NCBI GenBank assembly: GCA_951406725.2
Contig: OX597819.1
Location: forward strand, 67,766,001-67,830,000
Reading direction: 5' to 3'
Length of the DNA: 64,000 nt
Source: Octopus vulgaris
Lineage: Eukaryota
Positions 12,325 to 26,366 of the stretch are shown piece after piece (position 1 is the first letter of the stretch; every line of letters starts with the position of its first letter). A program made the position numbers and the translations under genes. Under the pieces are notes generated by a model. It did no database searches. It was not told the DNA's origin and worked only from the letters and a program-made list of their open reading frames with translations.

Positions 12325-13171
12325 TAATATATATACATAAGCAGATTGTCTACAAAGATAGATACCCAGCACTAGGGTTTGTATATAAGATATTCTCATT
12401 ATTTTGTAAAGAAGAATATACGTCCGAAGCTGGAGATTTAAATGCTTTCATCATACCTGAACGTCATTGGCAACTGTGGCTTCCATTGTGCAAGGTTTCC
12501 AGTAAACAATTTGGAGCTTGTTGATCTTAAGCGTGTTTGTTAACCGTGAACATAGTCAACAACAGTGAACATCCTTTTTAGACTTGCAAAGTTTTATGTA
12601 TTTTTCTCCATGATCTACCAAAAACTGGTTCTAAACAAGGAAAATACTGATGCATTTCTTAACATTGAATAACAAACAAATAAGTCGCTTTGAAAATCCC
12701 CGTGAAATTGAAGAACAATAAAAGCAATTTTAACAAAATAGGAAATGGAGTAAATTGCAGAATAACAAACATTTAGTTGAAGAGGAAACTTGCCCCGCTG
12801 ATTGCTATAGAATTGGTTGTCACGAAGTATGCTAAGTCAAGAAGAAATCCTATGTTGAAAGAAATAACAAACAAAAATTAATTGTGACGTCAATATTTGT
12901 TCACGAATATTGCACGTGCTTCTGAGAAAGAATGTAAAATTTCTTTTGTGTATTAAACAGAACAATTGAAAATAAAAAGGAACAACGAAATAAAGAAGGA
13001 AATACAACCCTGTTAATGACAAAGGGAAGTCGCGAAGTAGTATTTCTCTCTAAAGTTGACACAACGCCAATAATTTTGAGGGAATCAGGCATTTTTATTA
13101 CATCCACCATATTATTTGACTAGTATTTTTTTTCGACTCTTGAAATATGAAAGGAAAAAACGACATTGGTG

Positions 13172-13365
13172 AATACAGGTACAAGACTTGAAAAATGGGA
13201 AAGGGGTACGCCAATTAGATAAACCCCAATGTGTAACTGATACTATTTAATCGACCCCCCCCCCTCCGAGAGGATAAAAGGTAAAGTTGATCTCGATGGA
13301 ATTATAACTCAGAATGTAAATACCAACGAAATGCCAGTGGGAAAACGATTCTGCCCGTTCACCAT
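13172..13365 (-). mobile_element. Degenerate Nin-domain SINE
   Basis: Reverse-complement similarity to 6521-6750. Confidence 0.7.
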
Positions 13366-14654
13366 TTTGTAGTAAAAAGTTATATCAATAACCGCAATAA
13401 ATATCTATAAGAACGCGGGCAAGAATGCAGCAGGAATATGAAGTAGGATGTAGAGTAATTCCAATTCAATATTCTATTTATTTGGAACCGTATTGTATTT
13501 TGCCATCTCAGCTTTTATACATGCGTGTGTGCAACACATATCTCCCTATACAGTTTTCTTTCTTCTTCCAAATTAACAAAAACGGCAGTAATAACAATAA
13601 TAATAATAGTTTCTACCTTGGGCACAAAGCCAGTGATTTTAATGGGAAAGGATGTTTGCCGATATTGTTATTGTAGTGTTTTCTTTTTCTATTTCTGAGC
13701 GCTTTTTGTCCTTTACAGCTTTACTGTTTTTGAAATGTGAATAAATTTTACCCCTTTTCATTGACAGGAAGTTGGAGTGCCAAGTAGAATGATAAGTCGA
13801 ACATGCCTACGGGTTGTCCTTTACATTTTATATGAGCAACCAGACAAAATAAAATATTCAATGAAAATATTTCTGCGATTGCTTCCATTAATGACACGAA
13901 AATATTGTTCACCTAAAGAAAAGTTTGCCTAGATTTAGTTGTAGCATATTTAAAATCGCATTTCAAGATTGTTCGTATAACTGCATATGCAAATATCACA
14001 ACATGAAAAACACAAACCCACATCGAGTAGTTATTTAACGACAGCAATAGTCAACATAATTTCACTGATTTATACCTTATATTTGTCTTAAATTTATACG
14101 GAAACCCTGAACATAACGTTTTACATTCCTTTTCGCCTATCACAATTATGTTTCTAATAGATTTCCCTATGTACGGTAAACAAACAGAATCAAAATTACG
14201 TCTTGAAAATTCATTTTTAATATGGTCCAGTTGATACTGACATTAATATGCTCGCCACGATACAGGAAAATAACTTCCCCTTTATGACGAATGAGTTATC
14301 AAAACACACTCTATTCATTAGCCCAATGCACTCTGGAAAATCGATGTTTCCACATCTTTGTTTCTCATCAGCTACAAGGAACTCCGAACCGCTGTTCTTG
14401 TTTATAACTTCAGAGAACAAAACTACTTCCTGATCAGGACAGGTATTTGCCAACCAGCAATAAGTCCTCATACGCATGGTGAACAGCGAATCGAAGAACA
14501 AACCCAATCAATTACAATGGTACCTTCCAAAACATATATCGATACCTATAACACTAGAATGTTTTCTGGATGTTAGTTAGTGTTCCTCTGCATAAAATAT
14601 TACTTTTTCACCTGCTGTGTCTGTGTTTGAGTTACAGCATATACTGTAGTATTT

Positions 14655-15060
14655 GAATCATTTCTTTTTCATGGGCAGCTTGATTAATTAATTTTCTTTA
14701 ACTAAACACTTTGAAACTTCTGATACTGGTAGATATAAAACATCTTTTACTCTTAGCGTTGTTGAGAAACGTTACTATGTATGAAGTTATTTCGTGTTAA
14801 AGTTGTCGTATTTCGTTAATTTCAAACTTCAGAAACGACAGCAGTAATTTTATTCGGCAGAATACACGTCATTGATTGGTTGAAATTACCGAAATACGAC
14901 AACGTTAACACGAAATAACTTTCGTTAAATTGAAACGTTTCTCAACAACGCTAAGAGTAAAAGATGTTCTATGTGACACATTCCACCAGTACCCGGAGTT
15001 TCAAAGTGTTTAGTTAAATAAAAGTAATTAATCGAGCTGCCCATTAAATGGAAAAGATCC
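14655..15060. mobile_element. MITE with long (about 170 bp) TIRs and 8-bp TSD
   Basis: Arms are reverse complements, right end GAAAAGATCC; flanks TAGTATTT / TAGTATTC; related to 57243-57687. Confidence 0.85.
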
Positions 15061-15820
15061 TAGTATTCTGATGTATTCCGTCATGCGCTAAAATTTGTCA
15101 TCCCAATTCTAGTTCAGACTTCCTTGCATTGGATGGCAATAATTATAAGAATTAATAGGAGCCACTCCTGTCTATAGTCTGAGAGCGACTTGACAATTTT
15201 CAGCTTATACAAAATAACACTAATTAGCATGTCGTTGGGAAACAGTAAAAGAAATTGTAGGATAATATCTACAGCGTCAATCAAACACCTTTGGAAATTT
15301 AGCAGGAAAGTGTAATGACATTTATTTCTGATTGGGCCGTATGGAAGAAGTGCTTCAGGAGTCTACACACACATTTTCCCCAGGAATAATGGGCGGAGAA
15401 AAATAGATGAACGAAACATAGTAATTAGTCCAACAAATAAAATATACTCGCTATAATACTTAAATGATTTCAACAACATACATTCCAGCTGACTCCTAAT
15501 TTTATCGAAACCTAATCTAATTGTTCGATCATCAAAATATACTGTAATTCGATGCGTATTCCACGAACGCATTTAGTTTTTAACGTTAAATACTCGTGTT
15601 TATTTAATTTGAAAGTATGTAACATATAGTCACCCTCTTTGCAACGTGGTGAAATTAATTTGTTTGTTTATTTGCAATTTAATATGAATTAACTAGAAAA
15701 AATATTTTTAATATAATGGGTTTTTTTTTGTTTTGTTTTTGTGTAACTAATTCCTTCTAAAAATATGATTTATCTTTTACGAAATTTGAATTAATTTCAA
15801 TTCTTTTCAGAAATATGACG

Positions 15821-16480
15821 ATGGAGTGTTAAGTAGAAACAAATAACCATTTTTAACACCTGCTCCTCTCTCTTCGCTTTCATTTAAGGTTCTACAGCTG
15901 CTAAACCTGCTCGAGATATTTGTACAGTTTACGAACAAGGCGCTATTACTGACTGAAATGCACAGAAATGTTTTTGATTTAAGAAGGAGAAATTCGAACT
16001 CACAGACTCGTTGCGTTTCAGCTGATGTGTTCATTTCAAATCGGCCCTACTGGATAAACTCATTAACAAGTATCGGTGCCAATCTACTAATGAATTATCC
16101 AGGCAGACAGAATGATCTCATGATAGGGTCACCATCACCTTCATTTGATGAATAAGGTCCAAATGACCCTACCGCCGACAGAGCGTGGTATTTTAAAAGG
16201 ACAACACTCGTCCCCATGCTCCTAAATTGTTCGCAAATGCTATTCAGTAATTCGGTGGTTTAGTTTTCCTGCGCCAAATATATTCATCTCGTATAAGACT
16301 TTCAGTCTATTATCTTTTCTGGTCACCGTCTACCAGTCTGAGCACTGTTTCCCTCCACAACAGAGTGGAGGTAAAAATGTGGTTCGATGAAGTCTTCCAG
16401 TCAAGATCCGGAGATTTCTACCACGTAGATAGTGTAAAGTTGGCAAGATGGAGAGTTGACTGATTTGTTTAAGTAGTTAA
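15821..16480 (+). mobile_element. Internally deleted, decayed mariner transposase
   Basis: MEC*VETNNHF*HLLL..AKPARDICTVYEQGAITD*NAQKCF (HTH region), then DNTRPH and YYLFWS..EVKMWFDEVFQS..DFY of the catalytic domain. Confidence 0.8.
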
Positions 16481-17726
16481 TGAAAATAATTATTCAAAAT
16501 ATAGGCAAAACAAAAATGAACGAATTTATACGACAACTCATAATATGAGTCTCGACGATTAAATCACATAACCTCGCGGACACGAATGGAACCTGTGATA
16601 TAACACTTTCAGAATGAACATGTTAAATATTCTGTCAAGCCTGCAGTCATATAGATACACAGAAATATATTTACAAACTAACATGCATACATAAACAGAA
16701 TGTGAAAAAATTAGCGCTCATTCACATTTAATACTAAATACTAAAGGACGTATTGTGTAACTTGCTCCGACTCAAATTTGATATACCTTCGAAGTAACTG
16801 CTTCTTTGTATCTTTATTACAGGCATATAGCCTTAAAAAAGAGGTGAGAATACGAAGACGGACAACACAAAATGTGGGGTACATAAAATGAATAAATGAA
16901 AATGTGCATGACAATAAAATCGAATGAAAAAAGCAATTGCTTACGAGCCACCACCACCCACCAACCCCGCAAAGATCGCAGTTCCATTTTACTGTTCTTA
17001 TGTTCATGTAGGTGTAATAATATTTATACTTTAAAAAAAATCGATGTGTATTTCCACCAAATCATCGAACCTTACGGTTTTCGCCATAACTTTGTACTCA
17101 AAGTAAATTTCAGTATTTTTTCATCCTCGAAGTAACTGCTTCTTAGTCATTTACTAAACTACGAGGAAACGTTTAGCCCCTTGTTTGATCTTCCGAGAAG
17201 TAACATTTGAGAGCTTTTAGGATATTATCGTGTAATGAAAATCCCACAATATATTCTGTCACTCATTACTGGAATCAATTTTTATCAGAGGTGGTCTTAT
17301 CAGGCCCGTTCCGTGATCGCACAATAATGGAAACACAAAATTCATAGTCTTGTGCCCTTAAAAACTTCATTTTCTGGAACATTTGTTTACGCTGTTTTCT
17401 GAATTTACATTGCATTCATATTCTTTTCGTTCTGGTATTTATTTCACTCTATTTATAAATGTTATATATAAAGAAATTGTTTAACGATGATATGGGACCA
17501 TTATAAAAATAAAATATGTTTAATACTTTGTTTTAAAAATCCGTATATGTGAAATATGATAAAAATAAATATCACAGCTTAAATGGAAATCTTTGAAAAA
17601 CTGCAAAGTCGCACTAAGTAATAAATTTAATTAATATTGAAATGAAAAACTATTTCTTCATTAATTTCGACATACATATACGCATATACAAAAGTAAGCA
17701 AAGCCACACAAGCACACACACAAAGA

Positions 17727-17785
<59 letters not shown>

Positions 17786-17806
17786 TATATAGTAAATTTA
17801 CAGAGA

Positions 17807-17945
17807 AACAAGAAAACAAAAGACGGAAACAGGTGTAGGAACAACAACCAAGTGTATTAGTTTAACACTCCGGAAAAATGGAAAAGTCTCTTACGGTTCG
17901 AGCCTAAGCTGTTCAACAGAATGTAATAAGGGGAGAAAAACGGTG
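17807..17945 (-). mobile_element. Penelope-LTR-like repeat fragment with decayed hammerhead-like core
   Basis: Similar to 45840-45935; combined minus-strand consensus is about UUGAAGAGCGUAGGCUCGAAACGU. Confidence 0.4.
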
Positions 17946-17986
17946 AGAGAAAAACTGTGTAGAGTTCAGTGGCCTAAATTGGTGAC

Positions 17987-17987
<1 letters not shown>

Positions 17988-18019
<32 letters not shown>

Positions 18020-18123
18020 TGTATGTATGTATGTATGTATGTATGTATGTATGCATTTGTGTGTGTGTGTATGTATGTATGTATGTATGTGTGTACGTAT
18101 GAATGTGTGCACGTATGTATCTA

Positions 18124-18175
<52 letters not shown>
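17988..18175. repeat. (TATG)n and (TA)n microsatellites
   Basis: Seen directly. Confidence 0.9.
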
Positions 18176-18176
<1 letters not shown>

Positions 18177-18529
18177 AAGTTGGATTGATGCAACAGAAAG
18201 AAACAGTCGCATCCCAAGAATAAAAGAGTCTATTTCAAATAAAATAAAGATATCCTGGAGAAAGGATATTAAGTGTGAAATATGGAGATAACAGGTAATA
18301 TTACTAACTATCGACCTGTATCATCAGTTTTTATAACTTGCATTGCTTTGGTTAGTCAGTAAAATTTAATTAAATTTTTGCTTTGTTTTTTACTGTTCTA
18401 AATTTCTAACATTTATATCAATTTGTAAAATTAAAATCTATTTTTATTCCAACATTTATACATCAGTATAATTTCAAATTTTTGGCGCACACATTTGACT
18501 CATTTGAAACAAAATTCAAGAAATATCTA

Positions 18530-18960
18530 TAAAAACATAGCGAACAAAACTTGCCCCCATTAAACACAAAAGCTAATATTTCTATGTATTTATCAAATTG
18601 CTTATAGAAATTTGAACCCCTGTAGAGAAATATACCGAACGACAAACTTCACGCGTGTACCCATATCTTCCTGTAGATATCAAAGGATAAGACAAACAAA
18701 ATTCTATACTAACAATACCATGACATGCTCATCTAATCACTTTCACTTTCGAAATTAAAACAGGAAGTACCCTAAAATATAAGCAACCAGTAAAGAAACT
18801 TACTGATTTGCTAAAACATACAACCTAGTTACAATCTTTTGTGAACCTTAAAAATTTTATAGCGAAATAAGCTTATACACCAACTTACAAATACTGGAGT
18901 AAACTTTTAATTATGATTAGAAAATTATTTCTAAATATCTGAAAGGAAGTATTTCAGAAA
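18530..18960 (+). mobile_element. Heavily decayed Penelope-like GIY-YIG endonuclease region
   Basis: Fragments LSNHFH..FAKTYNLVTIFC..KIISK resemble the PLE C-terminus 'LSKYIW..AKPYNPxTKRCNLC..EIISKC'; many stops. Confidence 0.35.
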
Positions 18961-18991
18961 CAGTACTTTTGTGCATTCATATTTTGTAACT

Positions 18992-19038
<47 letters not shown>

Positions 19039-19064
19039 TACAATCACACATAGACACGCACACT

Positions 19065-19108
<44 letters not shown>

Positions 19109-19387
19109 TGTATCTATTGAAAAATTAAGGGGATGGAATAGACCAAATCAAGGCTACAAATTTCTTAGTTATCCCCAACGAGTTCAAAAGGAAACTACCA
19201 ACAACAATGTAAACTTCATATAGACAAAGTATTCTTAGACTGAATAGATGCTGGAGTCCAACTCTCGTTTGGATACTTTATTACTCCCGAGCCCACGATA
19301 TTCCTACATGTTGATCCTTGGATTTTACCATCCATTATCTATCTATACATCTATCTATCCATCTATTTATATATTCATCTATCTATA

Positions 19388-19450
<63 letters not shown>

Positions 19451-19452
<2 letters not shown>

Positions 19453-20453
19453 TAACAGCATATACCGGCGTTGTCCGGGTATGTAAGAAGCTTTGACGAT
19501 AAGCAATGCCCTTTACCTTTTTACCCTTTTTTGTACTCATTGAACCGTTATTTTGTAAAATTAAGCCTAAAAGGCATTAAGGCATTCAAGGCACCGTTTC
19601 CTTGAATGCATGACTACAGCCCAACATTGCTCGGATTTGAAGCAAAAGGAAAACATGCCATTTCTAGTAACCTTTATGATAAAACCGGCAAAAATCGACT
19701 AAATCGCCTGAAATCCACCAACTATTTAACAAAAGTCAGTTTTGTAGGGTTCGCATGGTCGGTCTCAAAGTGATATGTTTTTGTCGACTTCTCCAAATAC
19801 TTATTAACTGCATTGACAAAAGGTCGCTAGTTTGACATTTAATGCAAACTTGATGTCCAACATCGGTGTAGGGAAAATTTATGTGAACTTTCAAAAAATA
19901 TCGCAGAAAAATCGGTTTGCCATGTGTGCCACATATGATGTAATTAACCGATTTTTTCCAATAATAACGTATCCTATTGGAATCAAAATGGCCATATAGC
20001 TCCTTCGAGCAGACATGATGATCGCTGTGACTTTCAAAAAAAAATTCCTGCCAATTTGTTAAAGATATTGTCGAAAATATGTCATCTTGAATTTGAACGC
20101 GATTTCCCAAAATGGCATGATTTTATCGATGGTAAGGTATTGCATGGAAACCTAACTTCAGAATTAAGTTCCTTAGGGTAACACTAAGCTGCACCATGAG
20201 TTTGGTGAAAATCGATTGCAAGTTGCGAAAACTACAACAGAAAATGTGTTGCATATGATAAGCTTAGATTCTCGACCCCAAGTGGAATTTCTTGATTTTG
20301 ATAGAACTGGGGGAACTATTCAAAATTTTCGCTGCGTTAGATTTGAATTATGACATTAGGCTATGTGTGTATCAAGTTTCATCAGAATCGGTTGAAAGCC
20401 GTGGTCAGGGTGAGGGTACAACCTGACAGACACACAGACAGACAAACTGCCTT

Positions 20454-20456
<3 letters not shown>
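19451..20456 (-). mobile_element. Non-autonomous Helitron-like element (Lep1-like layout)
   Basis: Minus strand ends CCGGACAACGCCGG hairpin + TTAGT; the other end has the AAGTTTCATCAGAATCGG..(GACA)n block; inserted in (TA)n. Confidence 0.65.
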
Positions 20457-20513
<57 letters not shown>

Positions 20514-20516
<3 letters not shown>

Positions 20517-20815
20517 AGGCGCAATGGCCCAGTGGTTTGGGTAGCGGACTCGCGGTTGTAGGATCGTGGTTTCAATTCCCAGACCGGGCGTTGTGAGTGT
20601 TTATTGAGCGAAAACAACTAAAGCTCCACGGAGCTCCGGCAGGGGGGGGCATCCCTGCTGTATTCTTTCGCCACAACTTTCATTCTTTCTTCTGTTGGCC
20701 TGCTCGATTAGCCAGCGGGGTGGCGTCATTTTAAGGCTAGAACAATGCGAAGCGCATTGTGACCAGCGATGTGTAGCAACATCTGATAGCCTGGTCGGTC
20801 ACGGTGATCACGGTG
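20514..20815 (+). mobile_element. tRNA-derived SINE (family A)
   Basis: GGAGGCGCAATGGCCCAGTGGTT head; matches 11111-11400. Confidence 0.9.
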
Positions 20816-21496
20816 ATATATATATATATATAATATTACGGAGGGAGTATATCCAAATTTACAGAGAAAAATTATATTTAGGATTAAACCTAATTTCACA
20901 ATATAAATATAAATTAAATTAGAGATAAAACCACTATTAGGCAAATCAAACATTGTAAAACATAAACCAAAACATAAAAATAAAAATAATTTGAAACTTG
21001 TCTCTGTCTGTACACATATATTATTCCCCATTACCGAAAACTTAACAGTTATCTCCCTTACCCACAACAATAACAATAATAACGACAACCAATTACCTCC
21101 CTTTATTTATCTACTTGTGAAGTCATTCACTCGTGAATTTTATCACACACAACATGGACAAAATTTCTAAAGAAAAAATATATATTCAATTAAGTAAAAT
21201 ATAATACCATGAATAGCGACTGCGAAACCGGTCGATATATCAAAAATTATATTAAAACTATGTAAGTGTGCGTGTTTTCCTCTTTAATTTTTTAATTCTC
21301 TATCTACTTTACGCCTCACCATGTGGGGATAATTGAAAGTCCCCTTTTCTGTAAGTACCATATATATATATATAAACACATACATAGATGAATATATATG
21401 TGTTTGCGTGTGTATGTACATATGCATAAATGAAAATAAAATGGAGATTTACGATTGACATATTCAAATATATTAACATATATGAATATTATTATT

Positions 21497-21642
21497 GAGT
21501 GAGAGAGCAGTGCATGCCATCAAAGTGATACTGGAGTAAAGTATACGAAGCCTAGTATACCCATCATGACTACCCGTCTGATAAGGGTACACCAGGCACA
21601 TGCATCCTAGCCATATGTGCGTGGCATGGTGATCTCATATCA
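21497..21642 (-). mobile_element. Short repeat island inside ATT repeats (probable retroelement 3' end)
   Basis: Complex 145-bp sequence flanked on both sides by (ATT)n. Confidence 0.4.
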
Positions 21643-21874
21643 TTATTATTATTATTATGATTATTATGATTATTATTATTATTATTATTATTATTATTGT
21701 TATTATTATTATTAAATGATTCTATATAATATAAATAGAAATGTTATAATCCTGCAAATTCTGACCCAATAAGGAATTTATAAAAAAATCATGTATTTGG
21801 GTAAGAATCCAATCAGGGAAATATTTGACAAAAATTACATAGGTTATTTAGGTTCTAGAACAGACTGAATTATA

Positions 21875-21922
<48 letters not shown>

Positions 21923-22112
21923 TAACATTATATATAAGGGCTTAGTAAAATAAATTACTTTGCCACATACTGAACTCATTAGAAATAGCAGGTAAAGTAA
22001 TTTCTTTAGCTATTTCTAATACTTAAAGAAGATCTCTCTCAGATAGTGTTTGCTCAAACCAACTCACAAAGGTATGGGGGGAAAAACATTAAAAAATCAA
22101 GTGCAAAGGTTA

Positions 22113-22168
22113 TTTGAGAACGTACGTTTCTAGATTAGTCAAATCGACATTTCTTTCGTCAGCTCAGA
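22113..22168 (-). ncRNA. Type I hammerhead ribozyme motif, copy 1
   Basis: UGAG-CUGACGA-aAGAaauGUCgauuuGACuaaUCUa-GAAA-CGUACG-UU-CUCA. Confidence 0.7.
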
Positions 22169-22669
22169 ACTCCTTGGTTTGGATTTGGGAACACTGAAAG
22201 TGGGAGCATATCCCTTTGGCTTCTTATCACCTCTAGAATTCTGCTCGAACTAAAAGTGTTTTCAAATTCAAAATATGCAAGCGAGGAATTTCTGCTCTCC
22301 CCTTTCCACCAGCGTGGGTTGAAATTGATAAACACTATGATTTATCGGTGAAAACCGAAGCATTAAACAGAGAGAGATGAATTATAATTTCAACAATTGA
22401 GGGTAAAATTAATTAATTATTAATCAATTTCACCAAGTATTCAGTATGTGAAGGGACCAATTTAGGCGAATTTAAAATATTACATTATATATAAGGGCTT
22501 AGTAAAATAAATTACTTTGCCACATACTGAACTCATTAGAAATAGCAGCTAAAGAAATTTCTTTAGCTATTTCTAATACTTAAAGAAGATCTCTCTCAGA
22601 TAGTGTTTGCTCAAACCAACTCACAAATGTATGGGGGGAAAAACATTAAAAAATCAAGTGCAAAGGTTA

Positions 22670-22725
22670 TTTGAGAACGTACGTTTCTAGATTAGTCAAA
22701 TCGACATTTCTTTCGTCAGCTCAGA
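22670..22725 (-). ncRNA. Type I hammerhead ribozyme motif, copy 2
   Basis: Identical to copy 1, 557 bp away. Confidence 0.7.
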
Positions 22726-22883
22726 ACTCCTTGGTTTGGATTTGGGAACACTGAAAGTAATTTATTTTACTAAGCCCTTATATATAATGTAATATTTTAA
22801 ATTCGCCTAAATTGGTCCCTTTACATACTGAATACTTGGTGAAATTGATTAATAATTAATTAATTTTACCCTCAATTGTTGAA

Positions 22884-22954
<71 letters not shown>

Positions 22955-23011
22955 CACATATACATAAATATATATAGATATACACACACAAACATATTTA
23001 TATGTATATAT

Positions 23012-23048
<37 letters not shown>

Positions 23049-23494
23049 CTAACACACACCGTTATACTTACATACACAGATACACACTTATATATGTATT
23101 CATTTAAAGAAATGACAACTAATTGATTGTCGGTAAATACTAAGAAATATAGGGATGCATTAGTTTTGATTAAATATAAGGAACATGAAAAATGTACTCG
23201 TGAAAATCAAATTTATATTTTGTCATCTAATGAAGTCACGCATCTAAATATTTTGAAGCTGTGATCATCATGAAATCTTGTTAGTTATTTTAAACACCTA
23301 TGTCTTAAATTTCAGTCTCATATTTTTAGAATGATTTTCATGCACACCCGTAAAGGAATTTCTGATGTGTCATGAAGGGAAGTGAGAACGAAACGTCCTA
23401 TGATTTGCCTTCAACCTTGATATACTTCGTTACTAAATGTATTGTGATGTCATTCTCTTTGCTATGACTAAAACATATACAGGTTAAGTTATAT

Positions 23495-23870
23495 TCTTTT
23501 ATTCTTGTCTTTCTATCAGTCATTAAATTACGGCTATGCTGGGGAACCAGAATCGAGCCCAGCATGACCTAGTTGTTTTTAAATGCCTGGTACAAATTCC
23601 ATCGGTCTCTTTTTCCAAATTGCTAAGCTACGGGGATGTGAACACACCAACACCGGTTATCAAGCGTTGGCGGGGGACAGACACACACACACACACACAC
23701 TGATATTTATATACGCCAGGCTTCTTTCAGTTTCCATCTACCAAATCCACTCACAAGACTTTGTGAGGCTATAATAGAAGACACTTGCCTCAAGTGCGAC
23801 ACAGTTGGACTGAACCCGCAATCATGTGGTTGGGGAGAAAGCTTCTTCTTCTTAACAGACATGCCTCCGT
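23495..23870 (-). mobile_element. CORE-type tRNA SINE (octopus OR-like, family C)
   Basis: Minus strand AAGCTTTCTCCCCAACCACATG..GGGTTCAGTCC..CTTGAGGCAAGTGTCTTCTA, internal (GT)n; similar to 63173-63520. Confidence 0.8.
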
Positions 23871-24999
23871 GGAATCGTAACAAAGATAGATCTCTGATAC
23901 GAGAAAGTTTTCAGTATCCAATCTGCCATTTTAAAAGGACACAAGTGTGACCTGCTGTTGGTTGCTTATTCAAAGGTATTACACGTGTATAACGAAGACC
24001 GTAATAGGCCCGGTGCCTACCGATAATGCGTATTTCATTAGCTGACAGGACTATAAATTGACAAAAACAAAAAACCAACATGGATCGTGCATGTAAAAAA
24101 GGATACATTAATGAATGAACTGTATAGTGTAAAGCATTTAATCTGAAAAGCTAAATTTAAGATTAAAGAAATAAGAAACGACTGCATTAAAAATGTAGAA
24201 TAAAACGATAAATAACAGTTTTATCTGACAAATGATGGATTAAACACGTGAATTCTAAAATGAGTGTTGTTTTTAAAGCAGTAGGTAAACAGAAGTGAAT
24301 GGAAACAACAAAAGCATTAAAAAAGACACAAGAAGAAAACTGGTAGAAAACAAAAGTAGCGTGAACTAAGATCAATAATAGCAAGAAGGAAAGTACAATA
24401 AAGAATTACAGGGAAAAGATTATAAATTGAGTGACACGAAGTTTGTGTACAAAAATAGTTTTGGCTCCATACAAATAAATGAATGACTATATAAAGAAAT
24501 TACAAAAGGAAACAAATCCACATATATGCACACGTATGTAGACAGACACACATGTAAACAAATACACTGCAGAAACAGTGTTAACAACAGCAACAACAAT
24601 GAGAACGAAATGTATGAGGAAAATAAATGGAAATAAGAAGGAACGAACGCATGCGCACACAACAATAACAACAAAAGCAGTAGCAACAACAACAACAAAT
24701 CTATTTAACGCTTTTGACAGAAATATGCTGAATTATTGATAAGCTGAGGCATTGGTGGAGACGTGTGAACACACTCTGTAAACAGATAAATATTGGTGGA
24801 GAGAAGTTTTAAAAAATAAGATAGATAAAATAATAAATGAATGAATAAATTAAATAAAAGATAAAAATAAAGGCGACATCAGAAAATAAAAATTAAAACC
24901 TAAAAGATAATAAAAATTAAACAAATAACATATATTATTGACAACGCAAAATAAACAACTACAAACATGAACGCTAGAGGCAAGATGAATTAAAATAAG

Positions 25000-25082
25000 A
25001 ACAAGCACGTATATACATACGTACATACATGCATATATATGAATATATATACATATATTAATACGTACATATATATATACAA

Positions 25083-25117
<35 letters not shown>

Positions 25118-25198
25118 TAGATAGATATACATATATATATTCTTATTATCGTCATCATTATCATCGACATCGTACTCATCATCATAACCATCTTCGTT

Positions 25199-25233
<35 letters not shown>

Positions 25234-25589
25234 TATCATCATTTTATTCATACTCGTCTCCACCGCATCATTCCCATTTATGATCATCACCAACAGCATA
25301 AAAAAAGACAACAACAACAAAATAAGAAATCCCAACCGAAGTAACAACAAAATATTACAAAACCAAACGATAAAAAATAAGAATGAGAAATAATGACAAT
25401 AATAGTAAAAAAAAACGATGCCTCTGATGCTGATGGGTATGAGGACGACGATGACGACGATGATGATGATGTTGGTGGTGGTTCTGGTCGTCGTTGTGGT
25501 ATTGGCCATGGTGTAATCTATTAATAATAATAATAATAACAATAATAATAATAATAATTTTTTAAAAATAATAATAATAATTATTATTA

Positions 25590-25624
<35 letters not shown>

Positions 25625-26167
25625 TATTATTATTATTATTATTATTTTATCAATAAGAACAACAACAGCAACAATAATAATAATAATAATGATAAAAATA
25701 ATAACGGTTTGTGATTTGAGCATAGGGCCAACAATTTTGAGGGGAGGATGTAAGTCGACACTATCAACTCCTGTACTCTACTGGTACGTCATTTCCTCTA
25801 CGCTGGAGGGATACACAGCAGAGTTTGTTATTAGTGGCAGCAGTAGCAGTAGCAGCAGCAAGAGCAGCAGTAACAGTAGTAGTAGTGGTAGTAGTGGGAG
25901 GAGGAGGAGGAGGAGTACGAGGTGTAGGGGAGGAGGAAGAGGAGGGAGATTAAAAGGTAGAGGAGAAGGTGGAGGGTAAGGTAGATGCGGAGGTGAAGAG
26001 GAGGAATATAAAAACGGCAGAAGTATTAATATTATTATTATTATCTCTACTTTGATTTGCAAAAACTAAACTGTATTACTACTGCCACTATTACTACTAC
26101 TACTAATAATAATAATAAGATTAATAATGATGATGATAATAATAATAATGCTAATAATAATAATATA

Positions 26168-26231
<64 letters not shown>

Positions 26232-26315
26232 CCGTGGTGAAACTACTACAGATAACCAAGAATGGAAAATGATGGTGATAACGTTGAAAATCTATGATGA
26301 TATTGATGATGATGG

Positions 26316-26366
<51 letters not shown>

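Larger units (their letters stand above)
21925..22885 (-). mobile_element. Non-coding Penelope-like/retrozyme-like element: 277-bp direct repeats (period 557 bp) plus 132-bp inverted segment
   Basis: 21925-22201 nearly identical to 22482-22758; 22754-22885 is the reverse complement of 22387-22518; flanked by (TA)n. Confidence 0.85.

Noticed and set aside
12455-12635. Candidate minus-strand exon (TTTAG acceptor, CAG/GTATGA donor)
   Set aside because: All three frames contain stops; no homology recognised.
14217-14576. Overlapping short ORFs on both strands
   Set aside because: No recognisable protein family.
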